Source: a virus
Length of the DNA stretch: 64,000 nucleotides
Reading direction: 5' to 3' (one strand)
Virus record (IMG/VR): IMGVR_UViG_3300009285_016375
Coordinates: 10,508 to 74,507 of that record
Shown: one piece after another, positions 35,786 to 46,600 of the stretch
Position numbering within the stretch: position 1 is the stretch's first letter
How the letters are laid out: each line of letters starts with the position of its first letter
The notes under the pieces: model-generated
Database searches by the model: none
What the model was told of the DNA's origin: nothing
Seen by the model: the letters and a program-made list of their open reading frames with translations, nothing else
Position numbers and translations under genes: made by a program

Positions 35786-37840
35786 ATGAGCGCACTCAAA
35801 CCGATTTCACTCAAACCTTTCACCGGCCTCCTGGACGTGCGGAGCCCGCCCGACCTGATGCCGGCAGGGTCCTGGCGGCGGCGGCTGAACTGGATGACGG
35901 TGGAGACCCACAAGCTGGGCCGGAGGGACGGCTGGCGGCGGTTCTTGTATTCGGCCAGCGGCTATCACAACGCCGACTGGCACGACCAGTTGCTGGCGCT
36001 GGTGCCGGGGGCGACCCGGGAACCCTGCACGTTGCTCAAGGAACTCGTGACGACTTGGGGCACGCGTTACCTTTTGGCGGGCTCGGCCAGCCGGCTGTAT
36101 CAGTTGAACGAGACCACCGGCAACTGGAAGATGCTAGGGCACAGCTTCGGCGCCGGCCACCCGGATCCGGGCAGCTTGCGCTGGCAAGCTGCGCAGGTGC
36201 TGAACACGGTGGTGTTGACCAACAACTGGGACGCGCCGGTCAGTTACACCATCGACGCGGAGCCCGACGCCGACGGCCAAACGGTCTCGGCCCTGGCCGA
36301 CTTGGACCTGATCGGCCTGAGCAAAGCGGGGGCCGTGGGTGTGTTCAAGGACATCGTGATTTTCGGCAATGTGATCCTGGAGGGAGGCCGCCAGGAGAAT
36401 TTGCTGGTCTGGAGTGATCGTCTGGCGCCGGCCTCGTTTGATCCCTCGAAGGCCGGCACGCTGGCGGACAGCCAGGCGCTGGCTTACGGCGAGCGCATCG
36501 AGCGGATCGAGGAGTTCGGGGATTACGTGCTGGTGTACACCAACCAGCGGATTTGGCGCGGGGCGGCCACCGGAGACCCGGACCAAAGCACCCTGGCCTT
36601 TGTGACGGTGTACGAGTCGCCCGAGAAGGCGCGCGGCTACCGGTGCCTGGCGTATCCTTACACGCTGGTTTCGACCGGAGCCGAGCATTACTACTTGGGG
36701 CGGGACGGCATCTATCGGGTGACCGGTTTCACGGCGCCGAGCAACCCGCCGGAACGGGTGGGCTGGGCGCACCTGGCCAGCGACCTGATCTTTCGCAGCG
36801 GGGAACTGGATGCGACCAACTGCCACGCGCACGTGGGGGTGTATTGGAGCGCCCGGCAGGAAGTGCAGTTTTTTTGGGCGGTGCCCGGCGCCAGCACGCC
36901 CGGACACGGGCTGGCCTTGGATTTCGGGGATCGCACTGCCCACGAACTGGACTACGGCCTGACCGCGGGCTGCGAGTTTCGGTCGGACAGCCGCATCTCG
37001 TATCGGGACTGGATTCGGCAAAGCTGCGGGTGCGATGTGGCCGCCTTGCCCGCTGGCTTTGCCCTGGAGGGGTTGCCGGCCAGCGACGTGGCCTGCGACT
37101 CGACGCCGGCGGTCTGGTTGACCAGCGCCACCGAAACCCTGGATGGCTTGGCGACCGAGCGGTGGGACACGCTCTCGCCTGAGGCCGGGGCCTGGGCCGA
37201 CGGCGAGGAGGTGCTGGGCAAACGGGCGGACCACTTTTGCGCGGGCTGCAATGAGGCGGCGGTGCTGGTGGTGGCCGCCGGCAGCGATTACGCGCTGAAG
37301 CAGTGCGGCGGGGTGTACCAATTCGAGCGGTGCAGCAATGCGGGCAGCGGCAGCGGCACCCTGGATGGAAACGGGCGCTATCAATCGTTTGCCGGCACGT
37401 ACGAGAGCGACGGGTATCTGAGTGTGCTGACCTCCGGGCCGCTGGCTTTGGGCGAACCGGGCCTGGAAAAAGCGATCCGCCGCTTCATTCTGGACGCCGA
37501 GCCGGCCGTGCAAGCCACCCCCTCGGCGGTGTCGTTGCGGATCGGAACCAGTTACTCGCCGTTGGACCCGCTCAACAGCGCCGCCGGCGAGATCATTTGG
37601 ACGCACCCGCGAGCGGTGTTATTGGCCTCAGCCCAGAAACGGACGGCCGCCGAATACCAGGCCAAAGGCACGCGGCCGGGCAGCGGGCTGAACTGGCCGC
37701 TCTTTGCCAAAGGCAGATACCTGTATTTGGAGCTGAGCATCGGCAGCCTGCAGGAGGCGAATGACCTGCGCAGCAATTTGTTGCCGGGCACGGGCGGAGC
37801 CTGTAATGTGTCGGGAGCCTTGCTCCATGTGGTAAAATGA
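35786..37840 (+). CDS. Tail tubular/nozzle (P22 gp10 / T7 gp12-like) protein
   Basis: FTGLLD..SP..MP start, LGRRDGW, LVWSD, YYLGRDGIY beta-propeller signatures; position before the ejection genes. Confidence 0.7.
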   Translation: MSALKPISLKPFTGLLDVRSPPDLMPAGSWRRRLNWMTVETHKLGRRDGWRRFLYSASGYHNADWHDQLLALVPGATREPCTLLKELVTTWGTRYLLAGSASRLYQLNETTGNWKMLGHSFGAGHPDPGSLRWQAAQVLNTVVLTNNWDAPVSYTIDAEPDADGQTVSALADLDLIGLSKAGAVGVFKDIVIFGNVILEGGRQENLLVWSDRLAPASFDPSKAGTLADSQALAYGERIERIEEFGDYVLVYTNQRIWRGAATGDPDQSTLAFVTVYESPEKARGYRCLAYPYTLVSTGAEHYYLGRDGIYRVTGFTAPSNPPERVGWAHLASDLIFRSGELDATNCHAHVGVYWSARQEVQFFWAVPGASTPGHGLALDFGDRTAHELDYGLTAGCEFRSDSRISYRDWIRQSCGCDVAALPAGFALEGLPASDVACDSTPAVWLTSATETLDGLATERWDTLSPEAGAWADGEEVLGKRADHFCAGCNEAAVLVVAAGSDYALKQCGGVYQFERCSNAGSGSGTLDGNGRYQSFAGTYESDGYLSVLTSGPLALGEPGLEKAIRRFILDAEPAVQATPSAVSLRIGTSYSPLDPLNSAAGEIIWTHPRAVLLASAQKRTAAEYQAKGTRPGSGLNWPLFAKGRYLYLELSIGSLQEANDLRSNLLPGTGGACNVSGALLHVVK

Positions 37841-38034
37841 CGACGCCGGGCGGAAACATTCCTGGGGCTGGCAGTGGGCCACTGCGGTTGCCGCTGCCGC
37901 GCCTGCCCTTGCTCCCTTTGCCGGAGAAGCTCAAGCAGATCGCGCCCGAGCTGGCCGAGTGGGAACGAGGGCAGCAAGAGGCCTTCGAGCAATACCGGCG
38001 GGAACTGGACGTGTATATGAAAGGACTGAGTTAG
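37837..38034 (+). CDS. Small hypothetical protein
   Basis: ATGA-coupled; fills the gap exactly. Confidence 0.6.
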   Translation: MTTPGGNIPGAGSGPLRLPLPRLPLLPLPEKLKQIAPELAEWERGQQEAFEQYRRELDVYMKGLS

Positions 38035-38035
38035 T

Positions 38036-39586
38036 ATGGCTTTAGATCGAGACCCTTACCCGCGGGCGTTTCTGAATGATCGGCCCGCGTTTCAAACCTA
38101 TGGCGGGGTGGTAGATGACTTTGCCAGGCAGATGCAGGAGCAAGCCAATCGCACTGGCATGCCGCGCTGGGCTGGAGGCCGGGCGATTGTCCCCACTGGC
38201 GGCTTTGTGGCCCCCGGTTATGAGGCAGCGTTTCGGGCCTTGGGCGGCCAAGGCGCGCGCACTTCCATTGGCGACATCAGACCCATCCGGATCAGCAAGG
38301 ACCCCGCCCTCAGCGCCAGCCTGGCCAATGTGATCGGCGATTTGGGCACCGACCAGGCGCTGGGCCGGCAGGAGTTTGATCGGTGGATGGGGCAGCAAAA
38401 CAGAACCAACCAGCAGATTCAGGCGGATATTGAGCGGGTCAGCCAGCCGGTGAACCGCTTGTTGAGCGGCGACCTGGGGCGTGAGTTGGCCACAGGCCGG
38501 GAGAGCTACCGGGGCGCCCTGAGCGGCTTGATCGGGCAGCAGTTCAATACCGTCAGCGGTCTCCGGGATGCTGACCTGGCCAAACGCAGCGCCTTGATTG
38601 AGGGGTTGGAAGGGGACTTGGGCGGAACCAACCAGCGCGGTTTGGATGAGATGCTGGGGAGGATTACCGGGCTGGAAAGCATGTTGGGGTCGAAGAACCA
38701 GGACATCTTGCGGAATGCGCTGGCCCAAAACGCCTACAATGTCAATGACCTGTTCTCGCTGCAAAAAAAGGCCGGCCTGGTGCCGGGCACGGCGTATTCG
38801 GCCCGGGGCGCGCTGGGCGAGGCGGGCCGGCTGGGGGCCGATTTGCGGCTGCGGCTGGGCGACATCGAACGGGAGGATGTGAACCGGTTGGCGGCCCTGC
38901 GGTTGGGTGTATCCGAGAAAGGCCTGGATTTGCGCCGGGGCGATTTGGCCAACATCTACAACCAACGGGCGCCGTTGCTGGCGGGATACTCGGCTGGGCA
39001 GATTTCCGATGCCACCAGCCGGGCCTTGGCGGAGATGGACCTGGAAGGAACGCTGTTCAACGCCGGGAGGGGCGACACGATGGGGGTGCTGAACGCGCAA
39101 CTGGGGGCGGCCAACATTCTGCCCGCGCTGCGCACCAGTGCGTTAAACACCGGCTGGCAAGGCCTCAGCGCCCGGCAAGCACTGGGTGCGGGACAACTGG
39201 CGAACCTCGGCGCGGCGGGCAATGTGCTGAATAACATTGACTGGCTGGGGTTGGATGATGGGCGGGCGGATTCCCCGTATCTGCCCAGCCGACGCAGCTA
39301 TCCGCAGTTGCCGTTGTGGGCGGAGAATTTTGAGCAGCCCATGAGCGCGGCCTTGCAGCCCAGGCCTGGGTTTGATTACAGCCAGCCTTGGCTGAACCCG
39401 AATGCCTGGGGAGATTACCGGAACCGGACTCCGGCCCAACAGAGGGCCTTTGACACGGCCGGCAATTATTATGAGGAAAGCGGGCCAGCCAACTACAATT
39501 GGCAGACGTGGAACTCGGATTTCATTGGGCCGAGGCCGGAGTATTACCCGAACGGGGCTCCGGCCCGCGTGATTTCGGACGAGTAG
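38036..39586 (+). CDS. Putative internal virion/ejection protein
   Basis: Gly/Ala/Gln-rich helical protein after the tail genes. Confidence 0.55.
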   Translation: MALDRDPYPRAFLNDRPAFQTYGGVVDDFARQMQEQANRTGMPRWAGGRAIVPTGGFVAPGYEAAFRALGGQGARTSIGDIRPIRISKDPALSASLANVIGDLGTDQALGRQEFDRWMGQQNRTNQQIQADIERVSQPVNRLLSGDLGRELATGRESYRGALSGLIGQQFNTVSGLRDADLAKRSALIEGLEGDLGGTNQRGLDEMLGRITGLESMLGSKNQDILRNALAQNAYNVNDLFSLQKKAGLVPGTAYSARGALGEAGRLGADLRLRLGDIEREDVNRLAALRLGVSEKGLDLRRGDLANIYNQRAPLLAGYSAGQISDATSRALAEMDLEGTLFNAGRGDTMGVLNAQLGAANILPALRTSALNTGWQGLSARQALGAGQLANLGAAGNVLNNIDWLGLDDGRADSPYLPSRRSYPQLPLWAENFEQPMSAALQPRPGFDYSQPWLNPNAWGDYRNRTPAQQRAFDTAGNYYEESGPANYNWQTWNSDFIGPRPEYYPNGAPARVISDE

Positions 39587-39634
39587 GAAATATCAAGGCG
39601 AACTGCTCCCGCGGTCCGCCAGGAGATAAATGTT

Positions 39635-40615
39635 ATGGCCATTGCAGGACCTGTGTACGATCAACTGAACGCGAGCAACCAGTGGCGAATAGGCCGTGGG
39701 GAAAACTGGGGCCGCTACGAGACACAACAGGACGCCGCTCAAGCGGCGTGGCTGAACAGTTTGGCCGAGCAAGCCTGGAGCCGCCGGATGCAGCAGATGA
39801 ACACGGCCCGGCTCCAGCAGTTGGACCAGCAAGCGCTCTTGAACCAGTCCTGGCAGCGGGCGTTCAACGAGCGGCAACTGGGAGAGCAAGCCCAAGACCG
39901 GAACCGCTATTGGGATGCCCTGACCGGCGCGCAAGCCAGGGAGGACAACGCGGAGCGGACGGCCACGTCCCGGAGTTTGGCAGAGGCCGACCAGCAGGCG
40001 CGAGCGCTGCCCTTGGCCCGGCCTGACCTCATGGCCCGATACCAGAATTTGACTGCCGGTGAATATGACCGGCTGGCGGCCGCGGCCGCCGCCCAAAACC
40101 AGGGCGAGACCGAGGAGTTCCAGGCCGTGGAGAATGCGGCTAAGCTGCTGAACCTGCCCGAACCCACTGCGGAAGAATTGGCTGAAATGGAGGCTTTGCA
40201 GTTGCGGGGCTTCTGGGGGGGCCGGAATGTGCCCGGGGAGCAGCGTGTTTTTAAGCTGGCGGAGAAATACGTCCGGCCCTTGGGCCAGCCAGTGGCGGCC
40301 GATCCAGAATTGGCCCTGAACCAACTGCGCCAAGCCATGACCAGCGAACTGAAGCGGCGCCGGGACGCTGGCACTCTCCTGGCCAAGGGCCTGCCGAGCG
40401 GCGCGCTGACTTTCACGGAGCAGGGATACCGACCGGCCTTCGCGGCGCCAAGGCGGCCGCTCTTGGGCACCAACGCCCCGGCCGCCCGGCCGCTGCGGCC
40501 GCCGGCCACTGGCGTTCCGCCTACTTATCCCAACGAGGCGGCGGCGTGGGCGGCCGGGCACCAACCAGGAGATCGTGTGCGTTTGCCGGGAGTGGGCTTG
40601 GTGGAGTTGGAGTAG
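39635..40615 (+). CDS. Putative internal virion/ejection protein
   Basis: Gln/Ala-rich coiled coil. Confidence 0.55.
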   Translation: MAIAGPVYDQLNASNQWRIGRGENWGRYETQQDAAQAAWLNSLAEQAWSRRMQQMNTARLQQLDQQALLNQSWQRAFNERQLGEQAQDRNRYWDALTGAQAREDNAERTATSRSLAEADQQARALPLARPDLMARYQNLTAGEYDRLAAAAAAQNQGETEEFQAVENAAKLLNLPEPTAEELAEMEALQLRGFWGGRNVPGEQRVFKLAEKYVRPLGQPVAADPELALNQLRQAMTSELKRRRDAGTLLAKGLPSGALTFTEQGYRPAFAAPRRPLLGTNAPAARPLRPPATGVPPTYPNEAAAWAAGHQPGDRVRLPGVGLVELE

Positions 40616-40618
40616 CTG

Positions 40619-43600
40619 ATGGGTTACAAGATTATTGAGCCGGAACCTGTTTTGGGTCGTTATCGGGTCATTGAGCCGGAAACGAACCGACCCCGTTATC
40701 GAGTCATCGAGCCGGATCAGCTTATCACGCCAATGGGGACGCCAGAGACCCCAGATGATTACAGCATCCCGGCTGAGGTGGGCAAGGGCATCGTGCGCGG
40801 GCTGGCGCGGGGGGTAGCCGCCGTGCCCAGGTTCGGCGGAGACGTGGCCGATGCGGTGCGCCGGTGGGTGGGATCAAGCCCCGAAGCGCCGGGGCCATTG
40901 GATACAGCCATCGGCGGGAGGAAGAGCGCGCTCAGCCTGCTGGGCGATGTGATTGACGAGACAGTGGCGGAAGCCTTGCCGGCCCGGAAACCGGAGAGCT
41001 TTTGGCTGGGGGTGGTGCCGGAAGCCATCGGGCAGGTGGTGCCAATGGCAGGGGCCGGGCTGGGGGCCGGGCTGGCCCGCAAGGGCGCTGGCCTGGCGGC
41101 GCAAATGAGCGCCGCCACCGCCGCCAGTACGGCCGTGGGTTTCATGGCTGAGTTCGATGACGCGTTCCAACGCGAGACCGAACGGCAACAGAAAGCCGGC
41201 GAGAACGATCCTGATTTGGCTTTTGTCAAGGCGCTGAACTACGGGACCATTGCCGCCGCTTTAGAAGGCAGGTTTGGGGCGGGACGCCTGGCCCGGAAAT
41301 GGGTGGAACGGTTTGGCGGGGAGAGCATCAATGAGTTGGCGAAGCGCGGGGTGAGCGGGGGGATGATCGGAAGATTTCTGGGGCGCACGGCGGGAGACGC
41401 CGCCACCCAAGGACTGGAAGAAGCTGCCCAACGGCTGGCTCAGAACGTGATCATTGAAGGTCCTCTGTTACCGCCGGAAAAGTTGATGGAAGGGATCGGC
41501 ACGGAGGGCGGGGCAGGCGCCGTGGTGGGAACGCTGTTGGGGTTTCCCGCCAACATACCCCGGCGGGGGCGCATACCGGTGCAGAGGATGCCGTCACGTT
41601 TGCCGCCAGAAAGCCTGGCACCGGGGCACGTGCAGAGCGAAGCACTGGTCGAACTGGGCGTTGGCCCGGCGCCAGATGAGCGCGGACGAATTCCCATCAC
41701 GACCGGAAACCAGTATGCCATTCAAAAGCCAAGCCCAGCGGCGCTACCTGTGGGCCAAACACCCCAAGCTGGCGCGCCGGTGGAGCCAGACGAAGAAACG
41801 ACGGGGAAGGATACCGGTGGAGTAGCGCCGGTCTGGACGCCGCAGGCTACCGCAGCAGCGCGCCAGGCACTCCGGGGCAACCTGCAAGGCCGCACGGTCA
41901 ATGTGCCGCAGGAACAGTGGGCCGCTCCTTCCGTGCATTTGCAGTATTTGTTTGGGGCCCAGGCTCCTACCTGGAACGATTTGGTGGCCGCTGGTGTGCT
42001 GGAACTCACCGATCCAGCGGCCCCCGCCGCCCCCGGCGATTTGGGGGTGCGCTTGAAAAGAGAGCAGCCAGCCAACGCACCCACAGAACCCGCACCCGCC
42101 GCTTCACCCAGCCTGAAAGTTTGGAAAGCTGGCCAGACCGGAATCGGTAGAGGTGGAATGCAATATTTCGCGCTTTCAAAAGAGCTTGCGGACAAATTCT
42201 CAGAAGGGGGCGAGTTTGGGCGACCGGGCGCTGTGGTTACGGAGACTCAATTGCCAGAAGGCTCAATGGTGTTTGATTGGAAGGCGTCAACTCCAGAAGA
42301 GAGAATCGAATTGAAGGCTTCTTCCTGGATTGAGCCAGACGGCTATCCGAACTGGCACTGGTTTGAAAACACTCCCGGCATTCAGGCGAAGCTCCGAGAG
42401 CTTGGATACAATGGGATCAAACTTTCAGAGGGAGAATCCAACGGCCTATCCATAGCCATTTTACCGGAATCCAAACCCGCCGCCCCCGCCGCTGTGAAGG
42501 CAGGCGAACTGCAAGGGGCGGTTCCCCCGGAGGCCCAGCCGCCGGAGTTGATGACGCCGGATTATTCGGCGCCCAGCGTTACACAAGATTTTTCCCCCGC
42601 TCCGGCCCCGGCAACTGCAAATGTAACGCAACTGAGCGACGCGACCATGCGCCCATCTGCCCCGCGCACAGCGGACCCAGGCACAGGGCCAACACCGAGC
42701 CAACAGGCCGCGGCGACCGGGGCGGGGGTGATTTTACACAATGAGCAACCTGAAATAGAGCTACAGCTCGATGAACTGGCCCAGTCCATCCCCTTCGATC
42801 CGGCCGCGACCATCGCCGGCCCGGTCTGGCAGGATGTGTCGGGCCAGGATTTCAGCAGCGCGGAATCACAGCGCACCTTACTGGCGGGGGCCCGGGCCGA
42901 GGGCGTGGGCGGAGGCGGCAGCCGCCAAGCCACTCAGCAGTCACACCGCTTGGTAGTTTTGACTAACCGGCAGGACGGTTCGCGCCACGCTGCCAGCGTT
43001 TACGGGTCGCACCGCCGAGTGTTTGCCACAGACCCGGCCACGGGCCAAGGCGTCCCGCTGGATACGTTGCTGCCGAAGTGGCAACCCACGCACTGGTTTT
43101 ATTCGGGCCCGGCGCGCAATAGGTATCGGCTGGCTCTGTCGCCCGCTCACTTCGCGGCGTTGCGGGCTCAAGGCGAGGCGCACCAGCAAAAGCTGGACAG
43201 CTATGAGGCGCCCAGCGAGGTGACTGGACCGGCCGTGCCCAGCGAGGAAGGGGAGGAAGGGGAGGAAGGGGAAGGTTTGCCGGCCAAGCCCAAGCCCAGT
43301 GCGCGGAAACCAATCGCAGAGGAAACAAAGCTGGGGCAGGTAGTGGCCAGCGCGGACTTGACTTTCACCCTGGCCCAGGCAGAGGAATTGCATGAGTTGC
43401 TGGCCTGGCGCCCTGGGGACAGCGAACAGGATATTCGGGACGCGCTGGCGGACAACGCCACGGCGCGGCCAGTGAAAAACCTGTTGATAGCCGTGTCCGA
43501 CAAGTTTTACCGCAATGAATACAAAGCCCTGGCAGCCATCACTGACCCCGCAGCCAAACCCGCAGCCAAAGACGCCTTTGACGCCACCGTGGCGGACCGG

Positions 43601-46600
43601 GCGGGCGGCCTCGTCGCGGGACTATTGGGAGCAACGGATGGCCGACCAGGTTTCGCGTCAGCGCTTGCAGGAGCACTGGCGCCGACCGAAACGCAACGGC
43701 CCACCCCAGAGCGGGCTGCGCCGGGGGCGGATACCAGTCAGCCAGAGGTAGCTCCCGGCACGCCGCAACCGCTCACGGCTCAGGAGACCGCCGAGGCCGC
43801 CCGGCTGGGCGTGCGGGAGGTAACGGTCCAAACTGAGGCGGAGGCGCTGGCTGCCATCAATGGGCAACGCCAAGCTTCCGGGCAGCCAACCCAAGCAGCC
43901 CAGGGCACCGAGGGGGCACTGGCGTTCTACGACCACGGGGTCATTTACTATGTGCGCGGGCAATTGGACGATGACGCCCTGTTTCGCGAGGTGCGCGCCG
44001 AAGAGATCGGACACCACATTCTGTCCGGGCCACAAGCCCAAGAGGTGATCGGGCAGATAGCCGATGATCCGGCCTTCGGTGCCGAGATGGAAGGCATGGC
44101 GCAGAGGTATCCCCGGTTTGAGGGCGAGAGCGAAGGGGCTTACCGGCTGCGTTTGGCCAATGAGCTTTTGGCCCAGTCACGCCGGACGGACCGGAATCTG
44201 TTCCAGCGGTTGCTGGACTGGATTGTCGAGCGCCTGGCGCAATGGCCGGGCATGGGGGAGTGGATCAAGGGCAGCGCGTCCAATCGGCAGGGGATTCTCC
44301 GGGCCTTGATGCGGCGGGCCGAAGCGGGGTTCAGTGCGGCGGGACCGACGGCGCAGGCGATGGCTGCTACTATCAGCCCGCAACGGCAGGCCGAGATCAT
44401 CGCCGCCCAGGCCGAGGCGGACGCGGCCCGCGCGGGGGGCAGGGCCCAGGTGCCTGCGCGGGAAGCCACTTTGTTCCACGCGGCCCAAGTGCTGCGGCGC
44501 GGGGCGGAAGCCACCTTGCAGCTCTGGCGCCAGGCCGTGACCCGGCTGGACACCTTGCGGTATCACAACAAAGAGTATGTCCGGGCCAGGAAAACGCTGG
44601 AGGCGCTGCGCAGTTTCCTGCAGACCGAGTATCAGAAGCTGAGCCAGGGCGACAGGCTGGTCTTAAACCTGCCAGAAAAGGTGCCGGGGATTCTGGATGG
44701 TGAATTTGTAAATGCGCTGCAAACATTAGGTGTGGGCACGCGCTCAGCAGAGGCGGGAGCCGGCGAGTTCGTGATACCAGCGGATACCGAGGAGACGGCT
44801 GGCCGATTGAGCAGGCCCCCTGGACTCGGGGCGCTGGACGCAAACCGCATCCGGGCCCTACAGGCTGAGGTGCAGACCGAAAACCAGGCCCGCGGGTATG
44901 CCGCCCTGCTGCAGGAACAGGCCCGGTTGCGGGTGTGGCGGCGCTGGGGCACCCAGTTCGATTTGGGCGAGGAGTATCAGCAGGCCTGGGTGAGCCGGCA
45001 ACGGGCAGTGGAAGAGCGCATGAAACGGATCCGCCAGGGCAACCCGGAAGCGGCCCGGCGCGGCCAGCAGATGTCTCGGGACCGGATCACGCGCGGGGAA
45101 GTGGGAGAGTTTGACCAGGCCAGCGAAGAAACCTGGCTGTCCCGGTTGGGAGAGTGGCAGGCGCAACAGCGGGCTTACGAGTCCGGCCCGGTGCGGCGGG
45201 CCTTCCGGCAAGGGCTGGAAGGGGCGCGGGCCTTGGCCGATCAATGGCAGACGCGGCTGGCCACGTTTGAGGAGGCGATGGCGGATCCGACTATGCCGGA
45301 GGACGCCCGGCGCCGGCTGGCCGGGGAGGTGTTGGCCAGTTGGCGGCAGATGCAGGCTGAGCAGCAGCGCTTTGAAAACCTGTATGCCGGGCGGGCAGGC
45401 TTGTTGAAACAGATGCGCCAGCTCGAGGATCAGTTGGCCTCAGCCAAGATCACCCAAGGCGAGGCGGAAGGATTGATCGGCCGGGCCATAGCCGCCCTGA
45501 GCAGCGAAGCCGAGCGCGCTTGGGCGGTGATCCCCACCGGGCTGGAGCGGGTGTTGCTGGACAACGCCGAGGCCATTCGCTTGGCCGCCCGGCGGTTGGC
45601 TAAGTTGCCCGCCTGGCAGGGCACCCGCAACGCGCGGGCGGTGTTCGAGCGCTTGACCGAGCAGGGCCGGATTCTGCGGCAGGAACCCATGGGCCGGCCG
45701 GTGATGACCGGAGAACCTTTGGTGTTCGCCGCTGAGCTGGGGCTCTCCGAGGAGGCTTACACGGCCATGCTGTGGGCGCTCGAACATTCGGAGAGTTTTC
45801 GGGATGCCGTGGAAACGCTGGCCGAACTGGCGGATCAAAAGCTGGCCGAGGTGCCGGTGGTGCCGGTGCAGAGAATTGCCGAGTTGCTGGAGGCGGGCCA
45901 GGCAGAGCAGGCGCAAGCGGCTTTCGAGCAGTTGCGCCGGAAGCTGGGCAATCAAGCGGTGGCCGCCGAAAAGGCCCAGGCGCCCCTGACGCGCCAGTTG
46001 CTGAAACTGGCCGTGCAAGTGCGGGCGTTGGACCTGGGGCGCCAACTGTTCCAGGCTGTGCTGGGCGAGCCGGGCCAGCCTCAGGCGGAACTGACCCGCC
46101 TGGTGCGGCAGGTGATCGAGCTGACTCTGGATCATCCGCCCATGATCGAGGCCAACGGGGACGGGACGACCTACCACGCCTTTCCCGGGCAGCCGGCGGT
46201 GACGGTGCGGGCGGCCAGTTGGCTGAGCCCAACCAAAACGCAGCGGTCTGTCAGCCAGTGGTATGAGCAGGCCGCAGAGTATTTGGCCGGGTTCGAGGCG
46301 GCGGAACTGGCGCAGGCGGCTAATCCGGGTCAACCGACCGCCGAGCAGCAGGGCTACGATTACGGGGTGGTGCTGGGCTTGCGGGAGGCGCTGGAACAGC
46401 AGGACAGCGACACCAACCATGCCTTGTTGCTGGATGAGGATCGTTACCAGATGTCGCGCTGGCAGGGTTGGAGCCAGAAGTTCAGTTACGGCCAGCAGAT
46501 TTGGACCACCATCACCCATGCGGCCGGGCTGGGCCGCGGAGCGCTGCACCGCTGGGCCTTGGCGTTGGGGCGCGGCCAGGCCATCGGTTCGCGGTTGCTG

